The translations under genes and the position numbers were made by a program. From Ignicoccus islandicus DSM 13165 (lineage in GTDB: Archaea > Thermoproteota > Thermoprotei_A > Sulfolobales > Ignicoccaceae), in NCBI RefSeq assembly GCF_001481685.1, contig NZ_CP006867.1:720001-752000 (forward strand): a stretch of 32,000 bases of DNA, read 5' to 3'. The notes under the pieces were generated by a model. That model was given only the letters and a program-made list of their open reading frames with translations. It was not told the origin of the DNA and ran no database searches. Shown here in pieces: positions 18,295 through 27,657 of the stretch; the first letter of the stretch is position 1; the number at the start of each line of letters is the position of its first letter.

Positions 18295-19449
18295 GTGACT
18301 CAAATGGAAGAGGGGAGAATAAACTTAAACTTAGCGTGGACCTTCCCCCTCGAGAGAGGGACCATATCTCTTAAAGCAAATGATGAGAATACAGTTGCTA
18401 TATCCGTTTCAATGCCTCCCACTAACTTACCTTCTGACATTTCGCAAACTAGGGGTTACGCTTATCTTGTAAGAAGGATAGATGGTAAAATAGTTAGTTG
18501 GAGATACGAGGCTCTCATGGGGTTTAATTGTACAGCATTCGATCCGATGGGTGATAGGGTAATTTACGGTAATGACGATGGTAACCTTTACGTCTTTGAT
18601 TACGAGGGTAATTTAATAGATCAAAGGAATTTCGGATCTCCTATTCATGCATGCGTCTTCTCTGCGGACGGTAAAAGGCTAGCAATATCTCTAGAAGGCG
18701 AAGGAGGAGATAAGGTAAGCGTTTTGGATTCAAGTTTGGAGTACCTATGGGAGTTTCTCGCTAACGATAACGTATGGAGCATGGCTTGGAAAGACGACGT
18801 CCTAGCTGTTGCTAGCCACGATGGAAACGTATACTTGGTCAAGAAACCAACGATTATTTGGAAGGAGGAGGTAGCTGAAGCTGTTAATAGAGTGAGTTGG
18901 TGCGGTAACAAGCTGGCTGTAAGCACTTTCAAGCCCGGATCCATTATAGTTTACGACACAACAGATATAGAGAAACCGGTGAGGGTTATGGAATACTATT
19001 CGGGTCTCGAAAACGTTTGGGGCCTCGATTTCGATACGGACTGCAAATTGATTGCGTTCGGTGATCTCATTACTAAGAGATTTGGAATCATTGACTTAGA
19101 AGGGAACTTGATCGTTAATAAGCACTTAAATGATGGAATTCAATCCTTGTCATGGGAAGAATCCAACATATTCTTGGCTCATAACTCTCTATGGGTTCTG
19201 AGTGTTGAGAAGTGTACTCCCCTTTCCAAGGCGGGGGTCCTAATAGATCACGTAGTTACAATATCGTTTAAACTAGAAGAGAGTGATGTTGCGGAGATAT
19301 CCAGCGTTCTCCATCACCTCCTAGGAAGTCCACGGTACGTATATGTTAATGATAAACTCTTGAAGGTAAGTGTTGTTAAGGGTGATCACCTTTACATAAA
19401 GTCTCCCTTCGAAGGGGAAGTTGAAGTTAAGAGGGTGAGAGAAGTTTGA
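18295..19449 (+). CDS. Beta-propeller (WD40/PQQ-like) repeat protein of unknown function
   Basis: Repeated 'D-x-V-x-x-x-x-W-K/G-D-D-x-L-A-V-A-S-x-D-G-N-V-Y' type blades, e.g. FDPMGDRVIYGNDDGNLYVFDYEG, VWSMAWKDDVLAVASHDGNVYLVKK, VWGLDFDTDCKLIAFGDLITKRFGIIDLEG. TATA-like TTAATATA about 27-34 nt upstream implies a leaderless or nearly leaderless mRNA. Confidence 0.7.
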   Translation: MTQMEEGRINLNLAWTFPLERGTISLKANDENTVAISVSMPPTNLPSDISQTRGYAYLVRRIDGKIVSWRYEALMGFNCTAFDPMGDRVIYGNDDGNLYVFDYEGNLIDQRNFGSPIHACVFSADGKRLAISLEGEGGDKVSVLDSSLEYLWEFLANDNVWSMAWKDDVLAVASHDGNVYLVKKPTIIWKEEVAEAVNRVSWCGNKLAVSTFKPGSIIVYDTTDIEKPVRVMEYYSGLENVWGLDFDTDCKLIAFGDLITKRFGIIDLEGNLIVNKHLNDGIQSLSWEESNIFLAHNSLWVLSVEKCTPLSKAGVLIDHVVTISFKLEESDVAEISSVLHHLLGSPRYVYVNDKLLKVSVVKGDHLYIKSPFEGEVEVKRVREV

Positions 19450-19841
19450 TGAAATTAAGCAAAGAGAAGGCGGAAGAAATTGCTTCCACGCTAAACTATC
19501 GGTGGCCTGACGAAACCGTAGTAGCAGTTGCACAGGAATACCTAAGCGGCAAGGTTCTCATGGTTGCTTCAATGAATAAGGAAGCAGTTATAAGAACTTT
19601 AACCACTGGGGTAGTTCACTACTGGAGTAAAAGTAGGAAAGAGCTGTGGATAAAGGGAGCGACGAGCGGTCATATTCAAGTGTTAGAGAAGTTCTATATT
19701 GATTGTGATAGGGATTCGGTTCTACTGATTGTACGCCAAGCATCTCTAAAGGCTTGCCACGAAGGGTATCACTCATGTTTCCATTATGAAGTAAAAGAAG
19801 ATGGAATCCAAGTTAACGATCAAATTCATTATAAAGAGTAA
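19446..19841 (+). CDS. hisI: Phosphoribosyl-AMP cyclohydrolase
   Basis: VAVAQEYLSGKVLMVASMNKEAVIRTLTTGVVHYWSKSRKELWIKGATSGHIQ...DCDRDSVLLIV...CHEGYHSCF. Confidence 0.94.
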   Translation: MMKLSKEKAEEIASTLNYRWPDETVVAVAQEYLSGKVLMVASMNKEAVIRTLTTGVVHYWSKSRKELWIKGATSGHIQVLEKFYIDCDRDSVLLIVRQASLKACHEGYHSCFHYEVKEDGIQVNDQIHYKE

Positions 19842-19903
19842 AGGGTATTGACCTCGCTAACCACATTAATATTTCCTAGCGATATTAAAGTGACGAGGAA
19901 GGA

Positions 19904-20659
19904 GTGACAGTGACGGCGGTCGATAAGGTACTGCTGGATAATAGGGGTAAGAACGTATTCATCTTGTTAGATCCGGATAAAGTCCTTAAAGAAAAGGATA
20001 CGTATGCAAAGAACCTTCAACGGGCTTGCAGCGGAATCGCGTCGGTCTTGGTTGGAGGAAGTACAGGTTTTTCCCAATGCGAGGTAAACGAGACCATAGA
20101 CCTCGTGAGGTCCGTTTGCAATAAACCAGTGATAATATTTCCCGGATCTCCAGCGCACGTTACGCCTAAGGCCGACGCTATATTATTCATGAGCCTACTT
20201 AATTCCAGGAAAACGAAGTTCATAATAGAGGATCAATTGGAAGGTTCTTTACTAGTATGGAAATATGGCTTAGAAGCGCTTCCTACAGCTTATCTGATTG
20301 TGGGTGAAGGCGGTACTGCTGGATGGATAGGTGATGCTAATCCAATACCGTTCGAGAAACCGGAAATACTATTAATGTACGTATTAGCTGCGAAGTACCT
20401 AGGCTTTAAGTACGTATACATAGAGGCCGGAAGCGGGGCGAAGAGACACGTTCCCCCTGAAATGGTCAAAGCAGTTAAGAATGTGGTCGGAAACGACGTC
20501 TTCTTGATAGTTGGCGGCGGGATAAGAACCATTGAGACAGCTAAATCCTTACTGAACGCCGGAGCTGACGGAATAGTCTTAGGTACGCTTTTTGAAAGAG
20601 ATCCCGATAGGGCGATTGAAATAATTAATTCTATTACTCGGGAAAAATCTATGAGATGA
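19904..20659 (+). CDS. Geranylgeranylglyceryl phosphate synthase
   Basis: LLDPDKV, VLVGGSTG, IIFPGSP, ADAILFMSLLNS, TAYLIVGEGGTAGWIG, YIEAGSGA, VGGGIRT, ADGIVLGTLFE. Confidence 0.92.
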   Translation: MTVTAVDKVLLDNRGKNVFILLDPDKVLKEKDTYAKNLQRACSGIASVLVGGSTGFSQCEVNETIDLVRSVCNKPVIIFPGSPAHVTPKADAILFMSLLNSRKTKFIIEDQLEGSLLVWKYGLEALPTAYLIVGEGGTAGWIGDANPIPFEKPEILLMYVLAAKYLGFKYVYIEAGSGAKRHVPPEMVKAVKNVVGNDVFLIVGGGIRTIETAKSLLNAGADGIVLGTLFERDPDRAIEIINSITREKSMR

Positions 20660-20684
20660 ACGATTACGCTATTAATCCCTTTTA

Positions 20685-21761
20685 TTGGATGCCGTGCCGG
20701 TAGTGGGAATGGAGTGTAACAAGAGGAAGTGGTTAAGCCTCTTAAAAGCGTACAAGTTACCGGAAAAGCCTCCTAGAGTCAAGGCCAGACTTCACTTAAA
20801 TGAGAATCCATATCCCCCACCTAGAGAGGTGGTTGAGGCGGCTTACGAAGCCGTGAAACATGGAAACCTCTACCCCGATCCCGAACGATACTTCCTTCTA
20901 AGGGAATTAGCAGCAAATTTCTATTCCTTACCAGGACCTGAGTGGATCTTACCTACCTTAGGTAGCGATACTGCCCTTAAGTTATTCTTTGAAGTATGTG
21001 CTCTAGGTTCAAATGCAGTCTTCCCTTCCCCTAGCTTCCAAGCTTATCCTCACTTAGCCAGCACCTCCAACACTACCATGGTATATTCAAATTTAATCGA
21101 GGGTGAGGACGACTTTGAACTAGATCTAAATGACTTCTTAAGTAAGGATGCAGAGGCGGCAGTGATCGATAGCCCCAATAATCCAACCGGATCCATTTTA
21201 ATAAATGAAGACGATTTAGAGAAGTTATCCAAAAAATTCAAGGTTGTTCTAATTGATGAGGCTTACGCTGAATTCAAACCCAAAGAGTTGACGAAATTAG
21301 TCACTAATCATGAGAATATTCTATTTACAAGAACAATGAGCAAAGTCTTTGGATTGGCCGGATTTCGCGTTGGTTTCCTAATAGGAAATCCTGAGTACAT
21401 TGAGGAAATTTCAAAGTTATTGCTACCTTACGATATGCCTTCCCCCTCGGTAGAAGCGGCTATATCAGCGCTCCGTCATAGCAATTACATCAATGACTAT
21501 CTGAGTTACGTCGAAAAGGAGAAGGAAAGGTTATATGAGGTAGTTAGATCTCTTGGATGGAAACCTTTCAAGAGCTATACCAATTTCGTCCTAGTCAAGA
21601 CGAACGTAAAGGACATTGTAAACAAGTTTAAGGAAAAAGGTGTGATGGTTAGAGGTGTGCCACTGGGGAACGAGTGGTTTAGAGTTAGTATTGGGAAGCC
21701 GGAAGAAATGGAAACGTTCTACGAGGTCGCTGAGGAAATTTCTAGTCACCTTCCTTCCTGA
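20685..21761 (+). CDS. hisC: Histidinol-phosphate aminotransferase
   Basis: LHLNENPYPPP, NLYPDPE, LGSDTALKLFF, IDSPNNPTGSI, VLIDEAYAEF, FTRTMSKVFGLAGFRVG. Start may be TTG 20685 or ATG 20709. Confidence 0.92.
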   Translation: MDAVPVVGMECNKRKWLSLLKAYKLPEKPPRVKARLHLNENPYPPPREVVEAAYEAVKHGNLYPDPERYFLLRELAANFYSLPGPEWILPTLGSDTALKLFFEVCALGSNAVFPSPSFQAYPHLASTSNTTMVYSNLIEGEDDFELDLNDFLSKDAEAAVIDSPNNPTGSILINEDDLEKLSKKFKVVLIDEAYAEFKPKELTKLVTNHENILFTRTMSKVFGLAGFRVGFLIGNPEYIEEISKLLLPYDMPSPSVEAAISALRHSNYINDYLSYVEKEKERLYEVVRSLGWKPFKSYTNFVLVKTNVKDIVNKFKEKGVMVRGVPLGNEWFRVSIGKPEEMETFYEVAEEISSHLPS

Positions 21762-22146
21762 GGGCAGCGTAAGGGTCCTCTACCCTCACTCTCTCATTCA
21801 ATGGCTGCGTCGAAACTTCTATGAGTCTCACGTCTTCTAATGCAATCAATTGATGGACTGTGAAGGGCCTTATCGTTACGGCCTCTCCTTCTTCTAAGAC
21901 GTATTCCTCATTTCCGCTCTTTATCTTCAACCTTCCTTTATCGACGTAAATGGTTTCTTTTTTCATCCTATGATAATGCACGCTCGTTGAATAACCCTTC
22001 TTTATTTCTAGAATTTTTCCACCGTACTCTTCCTCGTCTGCAATCCATATTTCCCTACCCCAAGGCTTTTCAACAATCCTTGCCTTCTTTATGTCAGAAG
22101 CTGAGACAGTCCTCAATTGCGCGCTTTCCATATGAAAGTCCCTCAC
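21742..22146 (-). CDS. Cupin-domain protein, mannose-6-phosphate isomerase type II-like
   Basis: KPWGREIWIADEEEYGGKILEIKKGYSTSVHYHRMKKETIYVDKGRLKI...IRPFTVHQLIALEDVRLIEVSTQ. Likely true start ATG at 22131. Confidence 0.82.
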   Translation of the reverse strand: MRDFHMESAQLRTVSASDIKKARIVEKPWGREIWIADEEEYGGKILEIKKGYSTSVHYHRMKKETIYVDKGRLKIKSGNEEYVLEEGEAVTIRPFTVHQLIALEDVRLIEVSTQPLNERVRVEDPYAALRKEGD

Positions 22147-22176
22147 TGTAAGTTTATTCGATATAGTTTTATTTTA

Positions 22177-22785
22177 GTGGAAGGGTTTCAGTCGACTTTG
22201 ATAACCAAGAAAGCATTGGAACTGGAACTTGAAAAAGTACTGGACGTAAAGGGGTCTTTAGGCATTAAGTACGAGCAATACGTGACCCCCTCGAACATTG
22301 CGGCTGACGTACTATGGAGAGCTTTTCTCAACGGCGACGTTAGCGGGAAGGTGGTAGCAGACCTAGGTTGTGGTACTGGAAAGTTCTCCTATGGCGTAGA
22401 GTTGCTAGGTGGGAGGGGAATCTGCGTAGAGGTAGACTGGAGCTTGCTTTCTAAGTCTCCCACAAAAGAAAAGGTTAGGGCATATGTGCCATTCGTTCCT
22501 TTGAGGAGCATAGATACGGTAATAATGAATCCTCCATTTGGTACCAAGAAGGAGAAGGCTGACAGACCGTTCTGGATGGCTGCACTAGCTATTTCCAAGT
22601 CCGTATATAGCTTGCAGCCGAGTTCCCCTAGTCTGTTTAAAGTTATTTCTAATAGGGCCTCGAAAGCTGGTTTCGAGTGCGAAGTCCTAGCTCTGTATAA
22701 GTTTCCTCTCAAAATGAGATACGAGTTTCACCGAAGTAGGGTGAGAGTAATTGAGACGGCGCTTTACTATTGCAGAAAGGTTTAA
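22177..22785 (+). CDS. METTL5-like N6-adenine rRNA methyltransferase family (COG2263-like)
   Basis: Track ORF 22117..22785; the likely start is GTG 22177. YVTPSNIAADVLW, VVADLGCGTGKFSYG, VIMNPPFGTKKEKADRPFW. Confidence 0.83.
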   Translation: MEGFQSTLITKKALELELEKVLDVKGSLGIKYEQYVTPSNIAADVLWRAFLNGDVSGKVVADLGCGTGKFSYGVELLGGRGICVEVDWSLLSKSPTKEKVRAYVPFVPLRSIDTVIMNPPFGTKKEKADRPFWMAALAISKSVYSLQPSSPSLFKVISNRASKAGFECEVLALYKFPLKMRYEFHRSRVRVIETALYYCRKV

Positions 22786-23878
22786 ATATGGTGAATTAAT
22801 AAAAGAGGACCTCAGTTCCCAAGGAAACTTAAATGAAATATTGGAATCCCTCTTGAGTCCAGGGAAACACCTCTGCGTAAGGGTTAACCGACTCAAAGCG
22901 AAACCAGAGGACGTCATGTACGAGATGGAATTAAAGGGTTTCAAGCCATACCAACCGTACAAGGAACTTGAAGAATTAGTCTGCGTTAAAGTTGAAGGCC
23001 CTTTCGAAATACCTATCTTAGATTCTTATATTATAGCAGATAAGCGCGCAGCGGAAAGCGTATACATTGGAGCTAATTTATACGCGCCTGGCATCATCTC
23101 TATGAAAAATGTAAAGGAAGGAAAAGAAGTAACAATTCTTTCAGAGAGAACGATGGATCCGGTAGGCATTGGCTTTGCGAAGATTTCCGAGAAAGCTCCT
23201 AGAGGCTTAGCAGTGGAAGTTACAATGAGCGTCTATAAAGCTCCTAAGTTTAGGGAACTAGAAGCGTTTAAGAAAGGCGGAATTTACCCGCAAAGCGCAC
23301 CGGCCGTTGCAGCCGTTAAGGCTCTCCAGCCACGAGGTCTAATTGTTGATCTCAATGCCGCGCCAGGCGGTAAGAGTTTTCACGCATACGAACTTTCAAA
23401 AGGGAAAGTGATATCTGTCGATATATCCCGAAAGCGATTAAGTAAAATGATTGAGGAAATGAAGCGATTAGGTCATAATATAGAAATAATAAGAGAAGAC
23501 GGACGATATTTCGATCTCAAGCACCCGGAGCTCTTGGGTAAGGTAGACAGAGTAATAGTGGATCCACCTTGTACCAGCATCGGAGTCGTTCCTAAGTTGT
23601 GGGATGAGAAGAGCGACGAAGACTTAATAAACGCCTATAACTATCAAGTTCAGTTCGTTAAGGTTGCTTACAGACTACTTAAGAAGGGAGGTCTAATGTT
23701 GTATTCAACGTGCACAATCACTAGAAAAGAGAACGAAGAAGTTATAGAGTTTGCCAAACGGTTGGGCTTTGAAGTGTTAGAAATCGAAACCCCTTGGGGC
23801 AAAACGCCTATTAAAGTGTTTCCTCATATGCACAAAGAACCTGGATTCTTTATTTCAATATTAAGGAAAAAGGTTTAG
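22751..23878 (+). CDS. PUA-containing NOL1/NOP2/Sun RNA (cytosine-C5) methyltransferase, NSUN6-like
   Basis: VRVNRLK, PUA-like 'ADKRAAESVYIGANLYAPGIISMKNVKEGKEVTIL', VDLNAAPGGKSFHAYEL, VDPPCTSIG, YSTCTITRKENEEVI. Confidence 0.88.
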   Translation: MRRRFTIAERFKYGELIKEDLSSQGNLNEILESLLSPGKHLCVRVNRLKAKPEDVMYEMELKGFKPYQPYKELEELVCVKVEGPFEIPILDSYIIADKRAAESVYIGANLYAPGIISMKNVKEGKEVTILSERTMDPVGIGFAKISEKAPRGLAVEVTMSVYKAPKFRELEAFKKGGIYPQSAPAVAAVKALQPRGLIVDLNAAPGGKSFHAYELSKGKVISVDISRKRLSKMIEEMKRLGHNIEIIREDGRYFDLKHPELLGKVDRVIVDPPCTSIGVVPKLWDEKSDEDLINAYNYQVQFVKVAYRLLKKGGLMLYSTCTITRKENEEVIEFAKRLGFEVLEIETPWGKTPIKVFPHMHKEPGFFISILRKKV

Positions 23879-23939
23879 CAATCTAATCGAGATAATGGGT
23901 TACTTGTTTACACTATATTAATAAGTCCATTTAGCGTGA

Positions 23940-23958
23940 TTTACTGCTGAGGAGTAAA
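23940..23958. promoter_or_regulatory. Dyad TTTACT-N7-AGTAAA immediately upstream of the HxlR-family gene
   Basis: TTTACT (23940-23945) GCTGAGG AGTAAA (23953-23958), just before the ATG at 23960. A further GTTTAC sits at 23906-23911 next to TATA-like ACTATATTAATA. Confidence 0.35.
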
Positions 23959-23959
23959 C

Positions 23960-24430
23960 ATGAAACTCGAGACTAGTGGTAGAGATTTAGGTTACGATTC
24001 AAACCAATCGTCTCAACCGGAGATAGTGAAAGTAATTTCTGAGTGCATTGAGAAGTTGAAGGAGTTGCATGAAAACTATTCGAATAAGAGGTTTACGCCA
24101 CAAGAGTTAAAGGACAAGCTAAGCGAGATCAGACCGAAAATGGAGCTTCTTACTTCCAAGTGGGTTCCAGATATACTTTACGCATTACTCCTAAGCGGTG
24201 GGATGGGATTCAACGAACTTAAGCACACTTTGGGCATGTCCTCAAGGGTACTATCTGATAAACTACAAGAGCTGGTTAAGAACGGACTAGTAGTTAAGGA
24301 GGAGGTTGATGGTCCAGGAACCAAGAGAGTAAAGTATAGGTTAACGAGCGTTGGTAAGGAGGTAGTATTCTCCTTAACCCCTTTCTTGCTTGGTATATAC
24401 CTAGCTGGCAACGAAGGCTGTAAGAATTAA
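23960..24430 (+). CDS. HxlR-family winged-helix transcriptional regulator
   Basis: 'LTSKWVPDILYALLLSGGMGFNELKHTLGMSSRVLSDKLQELVKNGLVVKEEVDGPGTKRVKYRLTSVGKEV'. Confidence 0.82.
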   Translation: MKLETSGRDLGYDSNQSSQPEIVKVISECIEKLKELHENYSNKRFTPQELKDKLSEIRPKMELLTSKWVPDILYALLLSGGMGFNELKHTLGMSSRVLSDKLQELVKNGLVVKEEVDGPGTKRVKYRLTSVGKEVVFSLTPFLLGIYLAGNEGCKN

Positions 24431-25509
24431 CTAACTAATAACTTTTCTCTAAGAAGCGCTACATTACTCCACGAAGTCTCTTGGGCGTATCTCCATAACT
24501 TACCCCATACGTCTTCTTGAACACCCTTCTCTATTAAGGTCTTCATTTTTTCGACGTTCCCTACGGGAAAAGTAACTTCCTTAGCTACCTCCCAACACTC
24601 TATCAACCGCTGAACCCTGGAACATATTGGTTTGCCCTCACTCCCTATTACCGTATGAAGTGCACCGGAAATTCCGTAATCGTTAGGATAGTCTCTATAG
24701 GGCATCAAGACGTAGTCCGCGAGTCTAATTAGAGCCCCTAGTTCGCCCCTACTTAGGTACCTCTCAATTAGTACGACCCTACCTTTGCCTAACTTACGTT
24801 TGACCTCGTTTATCGCCTCATAGTCTCTTTCAGTGAGGGGTTTTCCCGCTAAGATCAACGTCCCTTCCCTTATCTTCTTTATTAGCGTTAATGCCTCCTC
24901 TAAACCTTTATCTCTCCTTAGGAGTCCGTACAACAACAGTACTGGTCTGTGAAACTCCACCTCGACTCTTGAGGCGGTTAGGGTCTCGCTTCCGTGAGGT
25001 ATTATTACCGTTTTCTCTAAATTATCGATCATTTTCGATAACGCTATTTCTTGGATCGCATGGTGAAGCAGTATTACATCGCTAATCTCAGCAATTTCTT
25101 TATGTAGTAAAATCCAATGTTCGTTGTATCTTACTCGAACAGTGTGGATAGTGGAGACTAAAACGTCCGCGAACGGCCTCACGTATCTCAGTAACCAAGA
25201 TGCCCTAGAGTCCAATGGAATAGTGGGCCATAATCCGTATTCCAGCTGTATCTCGAGGTAATCGAATGGCCCTAATTCCTCGACGCTTTCAGCTATTTGG
25301 TGATGGTAGCGTTGGCTCCCCCTTACCCAACTTCTAATAACCTTCACTCCATCCACAACCTCTTCCTCCGGAGCATTGTCCCATTTAGTCGCGATCACGA
25401 CGACTTCGTGACCTCTTTCAGACAATGCCTTAGATAATGAGAACGCGTATTCTCCTATACCGCAAGGCATTGGAGGAAACGAGGACACAATACCTATTCT
25501 CATTTTCAA
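24427..25509 (-). CDS. Glycosyltransferase family 4-like
   Basis: SSFPPMPCGIGEYAFSLSKALSERGHEVVVIA...VIIPHGSE...LLYGLLRRDKGLEEAL...YLSRGELGALIRLADYVLMPYRDYPNDYGISGALHTVIGSEGKP. Confidence 0.85.
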   Translation of the reverse strand: MKMRIGIVSSFPPMPCGIGEYAFSLSKALSERGHEVVVIATKWDNAPEEEVVDGVKVIRSWVRGSQRYHHQIAESVEELGPFDYLEIQLEYGLWPTIPLDSRASWLLRYVRPFADVLVSTIHTVRVRYNEHWILLHKEIAEISDVILLHHAIQEIALSKMIDNLEKTVIIPHGSETLTASRVEVEFHRPVLLLYGLLRRDKGLEEALTLIKKIREGTLILAGKPLTERDYEAINEVKRKLGKGRVVLIERYLSRGELGALIRLADYVLMPYRDYPNDYGISGALHTVIGSEGKPICSRVQRLIECWEVAKEVTFPVGNVEKMKTLIEKGVQEDVWGKLWRYAQETSWSNVALLREKLLVS

Positions 25510-25578
25510 TCGTCCACGAATTAGCTCGTCCCCTAGCTTAATACCCCTTGAAGGTCGAAGGCAGAAGGGATCAACGGA

Positions 25579-26319
25579 GTGAAGGCTGAGGAAATAGCTA
25601 AGGAAATAGAGAACCGACTAGGCTTGAAAACCTCAATAGAAAGCGATTCAATAATTATAAGCGATGGAATAGATAGCGTGAAGGCAAAGCCTAGCGAGCT
25701 GTTAATGTCAATTGCGTTGTGGGTAGAACCTAAGAAGGCTTGGAGCGTCCTGAAGATACTTTACGGAAGTCAGAGCGTTGCCTATGAAGCTTACGAAGAG
25801 TATAAAGAATTACCTTATTCCCCGACTGGGAAAACTTGTTGGCTCTACAAAGCATTGGCCAAAGCGGTTGAACAAAGGATCGGAGGAGTTCCTAAGAGTA
25901 AGGTATTGCGTCAGCTGGAAGACAAGGTCTATAGGAGATGGCCTAACGTTTGCGGAGAGATAGATGCTCAAACTGAAGTGACGAAATTGGTAACCGAACT
26001 CAACTCGCTCGGAATATCTTCATCGCTAACAGTGGATGGAAACCAGTTAACGTTAAGGATAGGAAGCAGAAGTTTAACTTTAGAAAGAAGGTCGCCTATC
26101 TCACTGTTACTGGTTAAAGAACTAAGGAAGTTAGCTAACGAAGACTTGGAGTTGCTTAAGGAACTCATTGAGATCGGAAATAAGGGAGGTTGCGAAGGCC
26201 TAGTGTCAAGGGTTTTAATAAGGAAAAAACTAGCTAAGTACCCAACTATAAGGTCAATGCTTGAAAACGAGATAGAGGAAATAGCTAGGGATCTAAGACC
26301 AATTACTCGTACTCAATAG
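25579..26319 (+). CDS. Hypothetical protein (246 aa)
   Basis: Long ORF, largely intergenic apart from a short convergent overlap with guaAb. Soluble, Leu/Glu/Lys-rich, coding-like composition. Confidence 0.55.
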   Translation: MKAEEIAKEIENRLGLKTSIESDSIIISDGIDSVKAKPSELLMSIALWVEPKKAWSVLKILYGSQSVAYEAYEEYKELPYSPTGKTCWLYKALAKAVEQRIGGVPKSKVLRQLEDKVYRRWPNVCGEIDAQTEVTKLVTELNSLGISSSLTVDGNQLTLRIGSRSLTLERRSPISLLLVKELRKLANEDLELLKELIEIGNKGGCEGLVSRVLIRKKLAKYPTIRSMLENEIEEIARDLRPITRTQ

Positions 26320-27421
26320 TAGCCGGAGGCTTCGGCGTAACATCATATACTACTCTCCTTATTGAAGGAACCTTCTCGAAAATCTCTTCTGCTATCTCTT
26401 CTAATAAGCTCCTGTCTATCTTAAGTACGTCAGCTGTCATGAAGTTATCTGTTAAGACAGCCCTGATTGAGAGAGTGTAATTACCATCCTTTTTCTCTGA
26501 AACTTGTACTACTACGTGCGTAACATCATTTCTCTTGGTTATTATCTCTTTCCATATTTCGTATGGTCTCTCCCACTCTGTAACCAGGGCTATTGGGCCG
26601 TATGCCCTTAGATCGCCCTTGACGCCCGTTGCCTTCACTCCTTCGAATACGTACGTTTCTGGGTTATCCATAATTTTTTCCCCTAACTTGTCTTCCCATA
26701 TAGCGGCAAAGTATTGGCTGGGGTTTAGGTCCTTCAATTTTTCCTCAACGATTGTAGTAGCCTTCCTTAAAGCTTGGAGCTTATCGGTCCTTACCTCACC
26801 CACGCACCTAACTAACAAACCGGGTCCAGGGAACGGTTGCCTAGAAGCTATTTCCTCTGGCAAGCCTAAGGCTCTTGCTACAGCTCTAACCTCGTCTTTA
26901 TAAAGCTCTACGAGAGGCTCCAGTAACTTGAAGCCCCATTTCTCCCTTACGTTTATTCCTAGTTGTTCTAAGACGTTGTGCTGCGTCTTTATCCCACCGG
27001 TCGTTTCTATCCAGTCCGGCGCGGTGGTACCTTGGACTAACCACCGTGCTCCCCACTTTCTCGCTTCTTCGGAAACCACATTGTAGAATATTTCTCTAAA
27101 TATCTTTCTCTTCTCTTCGGCATCGCTTTTTCCGATTAGTTCCTTCATGAAGCGTTCGCTTGCGTCCACTATCTCAATGGGCATTACGTCCTTCAACACT
27201 TCCTTTACCCAGAGCGGCTCTCCCTCTCTCATGAACCCTGTATCAATGAATATTACTCTGATTTGCTCGGGACCTAGAGCTTTGAAAGCTAAAGCGGCCG
27301 CAGTCGTTGAATCAACGCCACCACTCACTGCTGCCAAGACCTTTTCGTTACCTACAAGCTTCCTTATTTCCTCGATTTTTCTCTTAATAAATTCATTTGG
27401 ATCGAACAACTTCCTATTCAC
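26303..27421 (-). CDS. guaAb: GMP synthase (glutamine-hydrolysing) subunit B, ATP-PPase domain
   Basis: VLAAVSGGVDSTTAAALA, VFIDTGFMREGE, KTQHNVLEQLG, LPFPGPGLLVR-type (RQPFPGPGLLVRCVG), C-terminal RRVVYDVTPKPPATIEYE. Confidence 0.94.
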   Translation of the reverse strand: MNRKLFDPNEFIKRKIEEIRKLVGNEKVLAAVSGGVDSTTAAALAFKALGPEQIRVIFIDTGFMREGEPLWVKEVLKDVMPIEIVDASERFMKELIGKSDAEEKRKIFREIFYNVVSEEARKWGARWLVQGTTAPDWIETTGGIKTQHNVLEQLGINVREKWGFKLLEPLVELYKDEVRAVARALGLPEEIASRQPFPGPGLLVRCVGEVRTDKLQALRKATTIVEEKLKDLNPSQYFAAIWEDKLGEKIMDNPETYVFEGVKATGVKGDLRAYGPIALVTEWERPYEIWKEIITKRNDVTHVVVQVSEKKDGNYTLSIRAVLTDNFMTADVLKIDRSLLEEIAEEIFEKVPSIRRVVYDVTPKPPATIEYE

Positions 27422-27566
27422 CGCCTTACGTAAATGGAAAACAGTTTAAACTTCGCGATTCCATGCCCTCAGTGACCTTTTCACCACATTAACCTTCGGC
27501 CGAAATCCGATTCCTCATCGGGCACTATTCGATATACTTTTAAGTCTAATTAATGAAGGATTTCGT

Positions 27567-27655
27567 GCCGGGGTGCCCGAGCGGCCCAAGGGGGTGGCCT
27601 GGAGAGCCACTCCCCCTAACGGGGGGCGCGGGTTCGAATCCCGCCCCCGGCGCCA
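27567..27655 (+). tRNA. tRNA-Ser(GGA), CCA encoded
   Basis: Acceptor GCCGGGG/CCCCGGC, discriminator G, encoded CCA. Anticodon arm GTGGC-CTGGAGA-GCCAC (anticodon GGA), long class II variable arm CCCCC-TAAC-GGGGG, T-arm GCGGG-TTCGAAT-CCCGC. TATA-like CGATATACTTTT sits about 30 nt upstream. Confidence 0.95.
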
Positions 27656-27657
27656 CC

